In this document: positions 54,367 to 64,000 of the stretch, piece by piece
Layout: the number at the start of each line of letters is the position of its first letter
Numbering within the stretch: the stretch's first letter is position 1
Source: Opitutales bacterium
GTDB lineage: Bacteria > Verrucomicrobiota > Verrucomicrobiia > Opitutales > PNEW01
Reading direction: 5' to 3'
Assembly (NCBI GenBank): GCA_965197745.1
Contig: CBDANS010000005.1
Coordinates: forward strand, 320,001-384,000
Length of the DNA: 64,000 nt
The notes under the pieces: model-generated
Database searches by the model: none
Seen by the model: the letters and a program-made list of their open reading frames with translations, nothing else
Told to the model about the DNA's origin: nothing
Program-made: the position numbers and the translations under genes

Positions 54367-54903
54367 ATGAGCAGAATTGGCAAATTACCTGTTAGTATTC
54401 CCGATAAAGTCTCCGTCAACGTGGAGAATAATAAGGTATTCGTTGAAGGGCCGAAGGGTAAACTGGAAAAAGGGTTTAACGCATCAGTGACCATTAAAGT
54501 GGAGAACAATGAAATATTAGTGAACCCGGGCAACAACGGTCGTTTTGCCAAAGCCATGCATGGCACTGCCCGGTCCATAATTGCCAATATGGTTCATGGT
54601 GTAACTGAGGGCTTTAGTAAAAATTTAGAAATTAGTGGCGTTGGCTTTCGTGCTTCATTGCAGGGTAATTTACTCAATCTTAATCTGGGATATTCTCATC
54701 CCATAGACTATGAGATTCCCGAGGGAATCAATATCAGTGTAGAGGATAACACCAAAATTAAAGTTGAGGGAATGGACAAACAACTCGTCGGTACGGTTTG
54801 CGCTCAATTAAAACACTATTACCCTCCGGAGCCATACAAGGGTAAAGGTGTGCATATTGAAGGGCAGTATTTACGGCGAAAAGAAGGTAAAACAGTTGCG
54901 TAA
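54367..54903 (+). CDS. rplF: 50S ribosomal protein L6 (ATG 54367)
   Basis: MSRIGKLP, LGYSHP, PEPYKGKG. Confidence 0.99.
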   Translation: MSRIGKLPVSIPDKVSVNVENNKVFVEGPKGKLEKGFNASVTIKVENNEILVNPGNNGRFAKAMHGTARSIIANMVHGVTEGFSKNLEISGVGFRASLQGNLLNLNLGYSHPIDYEIPEGINISVEDNTKIKVEGMDKQLVGTVCAQLKHYYPPEPYKGKGVHIEGQYLRRKEGKTVA

Positions 54904-54924
54904 ACTATTGGTAATAAGTTGATA

Positions 54925-55287
54925 ATGGATTTATTAAAGAAAAAAGAGCTCAGGCAGAAGCGAATCTGGCGCATACGCAAGAAAGTTAAGGGAACGGAAT
55001 CGCGCCCTCGATTGTGTGTCCATTTCAGCAATCAGCACATTTATGTTCAAGCCATCGATGATGAAGCGGGAAAAACATTAGTTTCGGTGAGCACCTTGAA
55101 CAAAGAAGTCCGAGCGAAAAAGATCGCCAACAATATAGAGGGTGCGACCAATCTAGGCCAGATTTTTGGCACTAAGGCAATAGAGGCTGGTATATCGAAT
55201 GTTGTCTTTGACCGCAACGGCCGCCTTTATCATGGAACCGTTAAAGCATTTGCTGATTCAGCTCGAAAAGCAGGACTGAAATTTTAA
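54925..55287 (+). CDS. rplR: 50S ribosomal protein L18 (ATG 54925)
   Basis: RPRLCV, VVFDRNG.LYHG. Confidence 0.98.
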   Translation: MDLLKKKELRQKRIWRIRKKVKGTESRPRLCVHFSNQHIYVQAIDDEAGKTLVSVSTLNKEVRAKKIANNIEGATNLGQIFGTKAIEAGISNVVFDRNGRLYHGTVKAFADSARKAGLKF

Positions 55288-55295
55288 TTAATTTA

Positions 55296-55802
55296 ATGAG
55301 TATACAAGCACAGAATAATAACCCGCAGGCGGAAGAAGAAGCTCCCGAATTTGTGGAAAAAGTCGTTCATATTAATCGCTGTGCAAAAGTGGTTAAAGGT
55401 GGCCGACGATTCAGTTTCTCTGCCACGGTTGTAGTTGGTGACCACCGAGGCGAAGTCGGTGTGGGCTATGGAAAAGCTAAGGAAGTTCCCGAAGCAATCC
55501 GTAAAGGTACTGACAGTGCCCATAGAAATCGCACCAAGGTTGAACTTAGAGGGGATACCATTCCTCACTATATAGTGGGAGTCCATGATGGCGGTCGCGT
55601 CCTTCTTCGACCCGCCAGCCCGGGAACCGGTATTCTTGCTGGGGGGGGTGTTCGAGCCGTCCTTGAGGCAGCTGGCGTTAAAGATGTGCTGACGAAGTCA
55701 CTGGGTTCGAACAATCATGGAGCGGTGGTAAATGCGACATTTAAAGCTTTAAAACAATTGCGTTCAAAAGAAACGATAGAACTGATACGCAAAGCGGAAT
55801 AA
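55296..55802 (+). CDS. rpsE: 30S ribosomal protein S5
   Basis: [20 protein letters not shown]. Confidence 0.99.
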   Translation: MSIQAQNNNPQAEEEAPEFVEKVVHINRCAKVVKGGRRFSFSATVVVGDHRGEVGVGYGKAKEVPEAIRKGTDSAHRNRTKVELRGDTIPHYIVGVHDGGRVLLRPASPGTGILAGGGVRAVLEAAGVKDVLTKSLGSNNHGAVVNATFKALKQLRSKETIELIRKAE

Positions 55803-55826
55803 GCGTATCTGAAATTTAGTTTAATC

Positions 55827-56312
55827 ATGCGATTACATAATCTACCAGCCAGTGATGGTGACAACATTGCAAGAAAACGTATCGGACGCGGTATGGGTTC
55901 CGGTCATGGCAAGACAGCCGGAAGAGGAGCAAATGGTCAGAATTCGCGATCCGGGGGCGGTGTTCGACCCGGGTTTGAAGGGGGTCAGATGCCACTCTAC
56001 CGCAAACTCCCGAAACGAGGATTTAACAATATAATGTTCAGGGACAACTACGCGGTAGTAAATATCGGGGATTTGGCAAAAGTTGAAGATGCTGACGTAA
56101 TTAATCGTGAAATTTTGATCAAAGCGGGATTAATTCGTCGTAATTCAAAGCGGGTCAAGATTCTAGGAAAGGGCGATCCCCAAAAAGCAATGAAAGTAGA
56201 GGCAGATAAATTTTCATCCTCTGCCCAAAAAAAAATTGAAGATGCCGGTGGTCAGGCGATCATAACAGACTCTGTCCAGGAGTCACAAGCTGAAGACAAG
56301 AAGGATAAATAA
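55827..56312 (+). CDS. rplO: 50S ribosomal protein L15
   Basis: GRGMGSGHGKT, FEGGQMPL.RKLPKRGF. Confidence 0.99.
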   Translation: MRLHNLPASDGDNIARKRIGRGMGSGHGKTAGRGANGQNSRSGGGVRPGFEGGQMPLYRKLPKRGFNNIMFRDNYAVVNIGDLAKVEDADVINREILIKAGLIRRNSKRVKILGKGDPQKAMKVEADKFSSSAQKKIEDAGGQAIITDSVQESQAEDKKDK

Positions 56313-56350
56313 GAAAGCGCTGTAGTCGCATGAGAAGCTTAAATTAGGCA

Positions 56351-57850
56351 ATGATTTCGGCCTTTACCAATTGCCTTAAGATACCGGAACTAAGGCAGCG
56401 AATATTATTAACGCTCGGGTTAATTTTTATTGCCCGCATTGGTGCAAATATACCGCTTCCTGGTCTGAATCCTCTACCCTTACAAAGTTTTTTTGCTGAT
56501 CAAAGTGCGGCTGGAGGGGGTTCACTGGTGGGACTCTACAATATGTTCACAGGGGGGGCCCTATTAAAAGGTGCTGTTTGCGCTCTTGGGATCATGCCCT
56601 ATATCAGCGCCTCTATTATATTTCAACTAATGGGTGCTGTTGTTCCTACGCTCGCTCGTTTACAACAGGAGGGAGATGTGGGCCGTCAAAAGATTGCCCA
56701 ATACACTCGATACGCAACCGTCGGTATATGTCTTGTTCAGGGGTTCCTTTTAATTACGGCCCTGGAAAACCCTCAGCGATTGTTTTCAGGCTTCAGTACC
56801 GCCGAATATGGGAACATCGTTTTGGTTAATCATGGGTGGTTTCTCTTTAATTCTGTAATTCTGCTGACAGCCGGGACCGTTCTTCTGATGTGGCTGGGAG
56901 AGCAGATAACCCAACGCGGAATTGGCCAGGGTATTTCACTGCTTATTACCGTGGGCATACTCGCTGACCTTCCTGCTTCTGCTGCGCTGACTTACCGCAT
57001 GTTTTTCGCACCCGTGGGGGTAAAGAGTCTGGGCATACCTGAAGCGATTCTCATGATTGCCTTACTGTTTGCCGCTATTGCGGGCATTGTAGCCATAACC
57101 CAGGCACAAAGAAAAATACCTGTCCAATATGCCAAACGTGTAGTCGGGCGCCGTGTTTATGGAGGGCAGAGTTCCTTTCTTCCCTTGAAAGTAAATTATT
57201 CCGGGGTTATGCCGGTTATCTTTGCCAGCGCTATTCTCCTTTTCTTTCAGCAGATTTCAAGCTGGGCCGGGGCGGCTACCGGCTGGCGATTCATGTCTGA
57301 TTTTTCCGGGCTGTTTGTATTTGGCAGTTGGCCCTATTACTTTACCTATGCGACACTTATTCTTCTTTTCAGCTATTTCTGGGTGTCCGTTATGTTTAAA
57401 CCAATCCAGATTGCCGATGATTTAAAAAAATATGGTGGTTACATTCCAGGCGTGCGTCCAGGTGAGCCGACCGCTAAGTTTCTTGATTATGTAATGACCC
57501 GCCTCACCCTTGCCGGGGCAATCTTCTTAACCATAATTGCGGTTTTTCCAGATTTTCTTCTCTATACTTACAATATACCTTATCAGGTAGCTCAATTTTT
57601 CGGAGGCACCGGCATGCTCATTACCGTTGGGGTATTATTGGATACCTTAAGACAAATTGAAACATTTCTTTTACAACGCCATTACGACGGGTTTCTCAAA
57701 AAAGGCCGGATTCGGGGTCGCAGTGTCGGTCGCACCCGCCAGCTTGTTGATACTACAGAATTAAAGAGTGTTGGCACCTTGTGGATTGCTTTAGGCGTTA
57801 TGTTTATCGGTGGAATGATTGCCTGGTTCGCGCAACGTGTATTTGTTTAA
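56351..57850 (+). CDS. secY: Preprotein translocase subunit SecY
   Basis: LGIMPYISASII, WLGEQIT, GVMPVIFA, IPGVRPG. Confidence 0.99.
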   Translation: MISAFTNCLKIPELRQRILLTLGLIFIARIGANIPLPGLNPLPLQSFFADQSAAGGGSLVGLYNMFTGGALLKGAVCALGIMPYISASIIFQLMGAVVPTLARLQQEGDVGRQKIAQYTRYATVGICLVQGFLLITALENPQRLFSGFSTAEYGNIVLVNHGWFLFNSVILLTAGTVLLMWLGEQITQRGIGQGISLLITVGILADLPASAALTYRMFFAPVGVKSLGIPEAILMIALLFAAIAGIVAITQAQRKIPVQYAKRVVGRRVYGGQSSFLPLKVNYSGVMPVIFASAILLFFQQISSWAGAATGWRFMSDFSGLFVFGSWPYYFTYATLILLFSYFWVSVMFKPIQIADDLKKYGGYIPGVRPGEPTAKFLDYVMTRLTLAGAIFLTIIAVFPDFLLYTYNIPYQVAQFFGGTGMLITVGVLLDTLRQIETFLLQRHYDGFLKKGRIRGRSVGRTRQLVDTTELKSVGTLWIALGVMFIGGMIAWFAQRVFV

Positions 57851-57950
57851 ATAAAATAGATGTTATTGAATATAGCATCAGCGTATTTATTTAAACCGAC
57901 TTCTCTCATTTATTTTAAGGCAATAGCACTATAATACGGACTGGATTATA

Positions 57951-58718
57951 ATGATACCCATTAAGAGCGAATCGGAAATCAGGAAAATGCGTGAAGCCTG
58001 TCAAATGGCTGCACAGGTTCTGGAAAAGCTCTGTACCCAGGCAGCTCCGGGAGTCTCTACCTATGATCTCGATCAAGCCGGTAAAGAATTGATCGAGGGT
58101 TATGGAGGAAGTAGCGCTTGCTATAACTACCGTGTTGGAAACAGCAGCTATCCAGCCTATACCTGTATTTCTGTTAATGAGGAAGTAGTCCATGGAATTG
58201 GCTCAATGAAACGCGTATTAAAGGCCGGAGATAATGTAACTATTGATGTGGTCGTTTCCTACAACGGTTATATAGGCGATAATGCCAAAACCGTACTTAT
58301 AAAGCCGGTGAGCGTGGAAATGGAACACTTGGTCAACTCCACTGAGGGTGCCCTGTTTTACGGGATAAAACAAGCGAAGGCAGGGAATCGGATAGGAGAT
58401 ATTTCTCACTCGGTCCAAAGTTACATTGAATCGCGCGACCTTGCCATTGTTAAAGATTTCGTGGGTCACGGGATCGGACGCTCAATGCATGAGGAGCCGC
58501 AAATTCCAAACTTCGGGCGGAGTGGCACTGGAAGTAAGCTTAAAACCGGTATGACCCTCGCCATAGAGCCGATGGTTAATCTGGGAAAATCCGAGGTGGA
58601 GGTTGCTGCTGATGGATGGACAGCCTTGACGCGCGACCGATTGCCTGCCGCTCATTTTGAGCATACTATTTTAATTACACCTAAAGGACCAGAAATATTG
58701 ACAGTTGCAATAATTTAG
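57951..58718 (+). CDS. map: Methionine aminopeptidase type I
   Basis: SVNEEVVHG, GHGIG..MHEEP, AIEPM, HFEHT. Confidence 0.98.
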   Translation: MIPIKSESEIRKMREACQMAAQVLEKLCTQAAPGVSTYDLDQAGKELIEGYGGSSACYNYRVGNSSYPAYTCISVNEEVVHGIGSMKRVLKAGDNVTIDVVVSYNGYIGDNAKTVLIKPVSVEMEHLVNSTEGALFYGIKQAKAGNRIGDISHSVQSYIESRDLAIVKDFVGHGIGRSMHEEPQIPNFGRSGTGSKLKTGMTLAIEPMVNLGKSEVEVAADGWTALTRDRLPAAHFEHTILITPKGPEILTVAII

Positions 58719-58794
58719 CTTTTAAATTGCCTCTTTTTTATTACTTTAGCCCACTTACCCCATATCTAATTTTCAGTTAATTTTATAAATAATT

Positions 58795-59193
58795 ATGCCA
58801 CGCTTACTTGGAGTAGAAATTCCAGGAAATAAAAAACTCGATTTCGCCCTTAGATATATCTACGGAATCGGTCCCAAACTCGCGCGAGATATAGTTGAGA
58901 GTACCGCTCTCGATCCTGATCGACGCGCACACGAGCTGTCTGAGGAGGAAATCAATAAAATTGCCGGTGTCATAACGGAAAAAAAATTGATCGTTGAGGG
59001 CGATCTCCGCCGCGATGCAATGGCAAATTTAAAGCGCCTGCAGGCTATTAATTGCTACCGCGGTCTTCGTCACAGACGAGGATTGCCCGTCCGTGGTCAA
59101 CGCACGCAAAGTAATGCTCGGACCCGCAAAGGAAAACGAAAAACCGTATCGGTTAAGAAAAGAGCTGAAGAATCAGATAAAAACATTTCATGA
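58795..59193 (+). CDS. rpsM: 30S ribosomal protein S13
   Basis: [14 protein letters not shown]. Confidence 0.99.
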   Translation: MPRLLGVEIPGNKKLDFALRYIYGIGPKLARDIVESTALDPDRRAHELSEEEINKIAGVITEKKLIVEGDLRRDAMANLKRLQAINCYRGLRHRRGLPVRGQRTQSNARTRKGKRKTVSVKKRAEESDKNIS

Positions 59194-59777
59194 GCGAAGA
59201 TAAATCAGAAGATAAATCGACCCCTGAGGAAAAGAATAAGACGGCGGCTCGGGATCAGAATGATTCGGGTGAAAGTAAAGATTCTAAAGCCGAAGCTAAA
59301 AATCAGGGCGCTTTGGAGGAAACTGGCGAAGGTGACGTGGGTGAGGGCAAACCCAAAGCTCCTTCGGCTGATGATTTGCTTCGGGATGAGTTGTCGGATA
59401 TAAAAGTCCGCAGAGCCAAAGGTAGTAAAAACATTACCAACGGGATTGTTCATATCCTGGCTACTTTTAATAACACTAAAGTCACTTTTACTGATCAACG
59501 GGGAAATGTGATCTCATGGTCGAGCGCGGGAAAATGTAATTTCAGAGGATCGCGAAAATCAACCGCTTACGCCGCTCAAATTGTCACTCAGGATGCTGGT
59601 CGTAAAGCCATATCTCATGGCCTGCAAGAAGTCGCTGTTCATGTCAAAGGACCGGGCTTAGGTCGAGATTCCGCTATTCGCGCCCTACAGGCACTCGGTT
59701 TAAATGTAGTATCTATTCTTGATGTGACACCCGTGCCCCATAACGGTTGCAGACCACCCAAAAGGCGGCGCGTCTAA
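59190..59777 (+). CDS. rpsK: 30S ribosomal protein S11 with long acidic N-terminal extension
   Basis: [29 protein letters not shown]. Confidence 0.98.
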   Translation: MSEDKSEDKSTPEEKNKTAARDQNDSGESKDSKAEAKNQGALEETGEGDVGEGKPKAPSADDLLRDELSDIKVRRAKGSKNITNGIVHILATFNNTKVTFTDQRGNVISWSSAGKCNFRGSRKSTAYAAQIVTQDAGRKAISHGLQEVAVHVKGPGLGRDSAIRALQALGLNVVSILDVTPVPHNGCRPPKRRRV

Positions 59778-59826
59778 AAAAGTTTCAACGGATACTATTT
59801 TGCATTCATTTATAAAATAAAATATA

Positions 59827-60435
59827 ATGGCACGTTATACAGGTCCAACCATAAGAATAAACAGGCGCTTTGGTCAGGCAATTTTCCCTCCGAGCAAAGC
59901 TTTTGAAAGAAAACCCCATCCACCGGGAATTCATGGGCCGCGCTTAAGGCGTAAATTTAGCGACTTTTCATTATCACTCATCGAAAAACAGAAACTCCGT
60001 TATATGTATGGGTTGACCGAAAAACAATTTCGCCTGACCTTTGAACGTGCGAAAAGAAAACGGGGCATTACTGGAGAAGTCTTTCTGCAGATGTTGGAGA
60101 CCCGTCTCGATAGTGTTATCTACCTGCTTGGTTTCGCCAAAACACGCCGTCAATCGCGTCAGTTTGTAAACCACGGGCACATCAAAGTGAATGGAAGGAA
60201 AGTGGATATACCCAGTTTTCAGGTTAACCCTGGCGACGAGATTGAAGTAAAAGCCAGTACCTCTTCCCGGCAACTTGCAACGCGCAGTATTGATGAAACG
60301 CGTGTGCGCGCTACATCTGCATGGATGACCTCCCACGAAGATTCATTGCGAGCAGAAATCAATAGACTTCCCACTCGTGAGGAGATGGAACCTGGCATAA
60401 ATGAGCAACTTATAGTTGAGTATTACAGCCGTTAG
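59827..60435 (+). CDS. rpsD: 30S ribosomal protein S4
   Basis: MARYTGP, LETRLD, VEYYSR. Confidence 0.99.
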   Translation: MARYTGPTIRINRRFGQAIFPPSKAFERKPHPPGIHGPRLRRKFSDFSLSLIEKQKLRYMYGLTEKQFRLTFERAKRKRGITGEVFLQMLETRLDSVIYLLGFAKTRRQSRQFVNHGHIKVNGRKVDIPSFQVNPGDEIEVKASTSSRQLATRSIDETRVRATSAWMTSHEDSLRAEINRLPTREEMEPGINEQLIVEYYSR

Positions 60436-60442
60436 CGATCAT

Positions 60443-60477
60443 TGGGTTGGGATCTTCCCGACCCATTATGTTTTTTT
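60443..60477 (+). terminator. Terminator-like hairpin between rpsD and rpoA
   Basis: TGGGTTGGGA-TCT-TCCCGACCCA followed by TTATGTTTTTTT. Confidence 0.6.
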
Positions 60478-60510
60478 CTACTAAATTAACCCATAAAAAG
60501 GGTCAGTACA

Positions 60511-61512
60511 ATGCCAATTAGATTAGCAAAATTCGAATTACCGAAGCGCTTGATGAAGGATGAGGAATCTGCGACCGACACATACGCCATGTTCACTGCC
60601 GAGCCATTTGAAACGGGCTATGGCCACACCATCGGGAATTCACTACGCCGCGTTTTACTTAGTTCTATTGAAGGAGCAGCAATCTCTTCTATTAAAATTG
60701 ACGGGGTCAGTCATGAATTTCAGAGCATCGATGGAATAGTGGAGGATGTAACAGATATTGTTCTTAATCTCAAGAAGGTCCTCATTATATCCCACAAGCG
60801 GGAGTCGATCAAACTTCTGATTGATGTCGAGAAATCAGGTACCGTTACTGCTGCCGATATTCAAGAGGATGCAAATATCGAGATTGCAAATCCAGACCAG
60901 ATTATCTGCACCATTGATAAAGAAAAACGTTTCCTGGCTGAACTCGAAATAAAGGTTGGGCGCGGTTATTGTCCGGGCGAAGAAAATAAAGAACCCGATC
61001 AACCGATTGGCGTTATCGCTATTGATTCACTTTACAGTCCTGTAAAGCTGGTGAAATACAGTGTTGAAAATACCCGAGTCGGTCAGATGACTGATTTTGA
61101 CAAACTCATCCTCGAAATATGGACTGACGGGCGTATTAATCCGGAGGACGCATTAAAGCAATCGGCATCTATTCTTAAGCATCATGTCGATATTTTTGGC
61201 CGCGTGAGTGAAGGTAATATCGAATTTGAAAGCGAGCAGACAGAGGTGAGTGAAGAACAGAATAAACTCCGCAAGTTGCTCAACATGAGCGTTAACGAAA
61301 TCGAGCTATCCGTCCGAGCGGCCAACTGTCTGAATAATGCGAATATTACCACGGTTGGTGAACTGGCGATGAAAAGTGAACAGGAAATGCTTAAATACCG
61401 CAACTTCGGTAAGAAATCCCTGAATGAAATAAAAGCTAAACTGGAACAGCTGGGGCTTTCCCTGGGGATGAAAATCGATGAACGGCTGCTGGAAAACCGA
61501 ACCGACGTATAA
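60511..61512 (+). CDS. rpoA: RNA polymerase alpha subunit
   Basis: GYGHTIGNSLRR, ELSVRAANCL, NFGKKSL. Confidence 0.99.
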   Translation: MPIRLAKFELPKRLMKDEESATDTYAMFTAEPFETGYGHTIGNSLRRVLLSSIEGAAISSIKIDGVSHEFQSIDGIVEDVTDIVLNLKKVLIISHKRESIKLLIDVEKSGTVTAADIQEDANIEIANPDQIICTIDKEKRFLAELEIKVGRGYCPGEENKEPDQPIGVIAIDSLYSPVKLVKYSVENTRVGQMTDFDKLILEIWTDGRINPEDALKQSASILKHHVDIFGRVSEGNIEFESEQTEVSEEQNKLRKLLNMSVNEIELSVRAANCLNNANITTVGELAMKSEQEMLKYRNFGKKSLNEIKAKLEQLGLSLGMKIDERLLENRTDV

Positions 61513-61539
61513 TTGATAATCCCAAATTTAGCGATATAG

Positions 61540-62265
61540 ATGCGACACCTTAAGCATCGTCAGACTCTCGGAGTAACGAAAGCTCACCGCACCGCGATGA
61601 TGGCAAATATGGCATCATCGTTAATTGAACATGGAAGAATTCAAACAACTCTGGCTAAAGCTAAAGCGCTTAGACCTTTTATTGAAAAAATAATAACGCT
61701 CGCAAAAAAAGCACAGAACGTCCAACCGGAGCGCGCGATTTACCTGCGTAAACTGGCCATTTCCCGTTTGCGCAATAAAAAAGCGGTAAACCAGCTCTTT
61801 AATGAAAGAGTAAACGAATTTCTCAATCGGGCCGGCGGCTATACGCGTATCTACAAGCTGGGCGCGCGCGTAGGAGACGCTGCAGAGGTTGCTCTTATTG
61901 AGCTGGTAAACGCTTCAGATGAGGGATACGCAAAATCCAGGCGCAGAGGAAAAGCGAAAAAACAAACGGCAGCCAAGACCAAACAAGCCCCAGCGATTGA
62001 GGAAAGCAAAGAACCCGTTGTTGATAAAGTAAAAGAATCTGAAACAACCACCGAAGAAAAACCAACCACCGAGAAAAAGTCATCCACCAGGAAAAAGACA
62101 GCGGTAAAGAAAAAGACGGCAGTTAAGAAGAAGACAACGGTAAAGAAAAAGACGGCAGCGGTGAAAGATGCCAAAGATGGAGCTTCCTCAAAAAAGAAAA
62201 CTAAGACGGTTTCTAAAAAGACAACGAAAAGTAAAAAAACAGATCCTAAGAAGAAGAAAAACTGA
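61540..62265 (+). CDS. rplQ: 50S ribosomal protein L17 with Lys-rich C-terminal extension
   Basis: MRH, TTLAKAK, GGYTRI, GDAA; about 115 extra C-terminal residues. Confidence 0.98.
   Translation: MRHLKHRQTLGVTKAHRTAMMANMASSLIEHGRIQTTLAKAKALRPFIEKIITLAKKAQNVQPERAIYLRKLAISRLRNKKAVNQLFNERVNEFLNRAGGYTRIYKLGARVGDAAEVALIELVNASDEGYAKSRRRGKAKKQTAAKTKQAPAIEESKEPVVDKVKESETTTEEKPTTEKKSSTRKKTAVKKKTAVKKKTTVKKKTAAVKDAKDGASSKKKTKTVSKKTTKSKKTDPKKKKN
62092..62160 (+). repeat. 18-bp imperfect tandem repeat encoding KKTAVK units within rplQ
   Basis: AAAAAGACAGCGGTAAAG / AAAAAGACGGCAGTTAAG / AAGAAGACAACGGTAAAG / AAAAAGACGGCAGCG. Confidence 0.85.
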
Positions 62266-62293
62266 GTTTTTAAACCATTCCTTTATCTCTTAG

Positions 62294-62325
62294 AACGCGT
62301 CCTGAATAGGACGCGTTAATTATTT
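62294..62325 (+). terminator. Hairpin at the end of the ribosomal superoperon
   Basis: AACGCGTCCT-GAAT-AGGACGCGTT perfect 10-bp stem followed by AATTATTT. Confidence 0.7.
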
Positions 62326-62407
62326 AAGCAATCGTCAATTAAAGCTACGCCACGAATATTATAAAATAATACTGCAGGAATAGCTGGAACTTCAGTAAAA
62401 TAAAAAA

Positions 62408-62641
62408 GTGTTTAGTGTAAATCTTGAAGTTTTCATTCTTATTTGCGTCCTTACAGGATTGGCGCTTATTTTTATTTTATGGCTATATTATGATCATAGA
62501 GATGTTATTCTTTATGAAGCTAAACGCACGAATGTTGTTTTTCATTGTATCAAGTGTGGCCATCTCTACACCGCGACAAAGGGAACAGAGATTGCGACAT
62601 GTCCCTCCTGCAGCTTTAATAATTCCCGGTTGAAGTTTTAA
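62408..62641 (+). CDS. Small membrane-anchored Zn-ribbon protein (GTG start)
   Basis: N-terminal TM helix, then CIKC and CPSC; ends 3 nt before guaA. Confidence 0.7.
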   Translation: MFSVNLEVFILICVLTGLALIFILWLYYDHRDVILYEAKRTNVVFHCIKCGHLYTATKGTEIATCPSCSFNNSRLKF

Positions 62642-62644
62642 GCC

Positions 62645-64000
62645 ATGACACAAGTTATAGCGGTACTCGATTTCGGTTCACAATACACCCAGGTTATTGC
62701 TCGCCGTATTCGTGAGTGCGGAGTTTACTCTCGAATATATCCCTACGAGACAAAAACTTCTCAGCTGAAAAAAGATAATGTTGAGGGTATCATCCTTTCC
62801 GGCGGGCCGAGCAGTGTCTTTTCCAGAAACGCACCGATGCCCGATAAGAAGATTTTTCAAATCGGCATTCCCGTGCTTGGAATCTGTTATGGTATCCAGT
62901 TGATGGGGGCCCTCTTGGGGGGCAAAGTTGAGAGAAGTGAACAGCGTGAGTACGGCCACGGTATTTTAAAAATTAAAAAAAGAGGCATGCTTCTAAGAGG
63001 GTTGAGCGACCAGATACGTGTTTGGAATTCACATGGCGATAAAATGGAGCGTCTGCCCTCTGGTTTTCAACCGCTCGCATCCACGGAAAATTCCACGTTT
63101 GCGGTTATCGAAGATAAAGAGAGATATTTATATGGATTACAGTTTCATCCCGAAGTTTACCACACTGAGCAGGGGATAAAGATAATCCGCAATTTTTTGT
63201 ATAATATATGCCACTGCTCCGGCGACTGGTCGATGGCTGATTATATTAATAAAATGACCAGGGAGATTCGTGAAACTGTCGGTAACGAACGTGTCATATT
63301 AGGTCTGAGTGGGGGTGTCGATTCTTCCGTCGCTGCCGTTCTTATTCACCAGGCTATCGGTGATCAGCTCACCTGTGTGTTCGTCGACAATGGACTGTTG
63401 CGAATCAATGAAGGGGAAAACGTGGAACGCATTTTTAATGAAAATTTTCAGTCTAACTTGCGTATTATACGCTCTTCAAACCGTTTTTTAAAACGCCTTA
63501 AGGGGGTCATCAATCCTGAGAGTAAACGTAGAATAATTGGAAAGGTTTTCATCGAAGTTTTCGAAGAAACAGTGAAATCGATAGGAGATGTAACCTTTCT
63601 GGCACAGGGAACCCTTTATCCCGATGTCATTGAGAGCGTGCCTATCGATGGTAACCCTGCGGCCCTTATTAAAACGCATCACAATGTTGGAGGACTTCCT
63701 AAACGGATGAAACTTAAACTCCTCGAGCCGTTACGTGAACTATTTAAGGACGAGGTGAGAGAACTTGGTGAGGAGCTGGGTCTACCCAGGGAGTTAGTGT
63801 GGCGACAACCCTTTCCCGGGCCTGGTTTGGGGGTGAGAGTAATCGGTGAAATATCGCGTCCCCGCCTCAATATTTTACGCCGATCTGATGCCATTCTTAC
63901 CGAGGAAATGTTTAAAAGCGGCTATTATTACAAAGTTTGGCAGTCTTTTGCCGTATTTTTACCGGTTCGCACCGTGGGCGTAATGGGAGATGAACGAACA
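62645..64000 (+). CDS. guaA: GMP synthase (glutamine-hydrolysing), 3' truncated by window edge
   Basis: Manual translation: [61 protein letters not shown]. Confidence 0.97.
   Translation, partial: MTQVIAVLDFGSQYTQVIARRIRECGVYSRIYPYETKTSQLKKDNVEGIILSGGPSSVFSRNAPMPDKKIFQIGIPVLGICYGIQLMGALLGGKVERSEQREYGHGILKIKKRGMLLRGLSDQIRVWNSHGDKMERLPSGFQPLASTENSTFAVIEDKERYLYGLQFHPEVYHTEQGIKIIRNFLYNICHCSGDWSMADYINKMTREIRETVGNERVILGLSGGVDSSVAAVLIHQAIGDQLTCVFVDNGLLRINEGENVERIFNENFQSNLRIIRSSNRFLKRLKGVINPESKRRIIGKVFIEVFEETVKSIGDVTFLAQGTLYPDVIESVPIDGNPAALIKTHHNVGGLPKRMKLKLLEPLRELFKDEVRELGEELGLPRELVWRQPFPGPGLGVRVIGEISRPRLNILRRSDAILTEEMFKSGYYYKVWQSFAVFLPVRTVGVMGDERT

Noticed and set aside
62408..62641. HypA hydrogenase maturation factor
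   Set aside because: Lacks the N-terminal MHE nickel motif, has a TM helix, and no hydrogenase genes are nearby

Overview
Bacterial chromosome segment, most likely Verrucomicrobiota of the Opitutia type. This is inferred from protein features such as the RpoB DRRRRRRK insert, the pilin style and the gene order; it is not a database result. The right half (31.1-62.3 kb) is the core tRNA-Thr/tuf/tRNA-Trp/secE/nusG/rplKAJL/rpoBC/str/S10/spc/alpha superoperon, followed by a small Zn-ribbon membrane protein and a partial guaA. The left half holds: a histidine kinase end followed by two receiver-plus-degenerate-kinase paralogs; a four-gene catabolic-looking cluster; ffh, tadA and infA; a type IV pilin locus; a methyltransferase, cupin and nitrilase-family enzyme; a three-gene transhydrogenase; a TPR/ExbB/ExbD/TonB-like operon; and three small accessory genes. 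The best candidate for an undescribed system is the co-oriented minus-strand block pilin -> three TPR-sulfotransferase paralogs -> tRNA-Thr(CGT) -> secreted copper-monooxygenase-like protein -> prepilin peptidase. It suggests sulfation of pili or of a pilin glycan, but this is a hypothesis from gene context only. Also notable: an in-frame TAG in one sulfotransferase, RpoB R529A/T525K and S12 K88Q at antibiotic-binding sites, a SecY with an extra C-terminal hydrophobic helix, an L17 with a histone-like tail, and candidate structured leaders before rplL and rplC. No CRISPR array, rRNA, integrase or transposase was seen.
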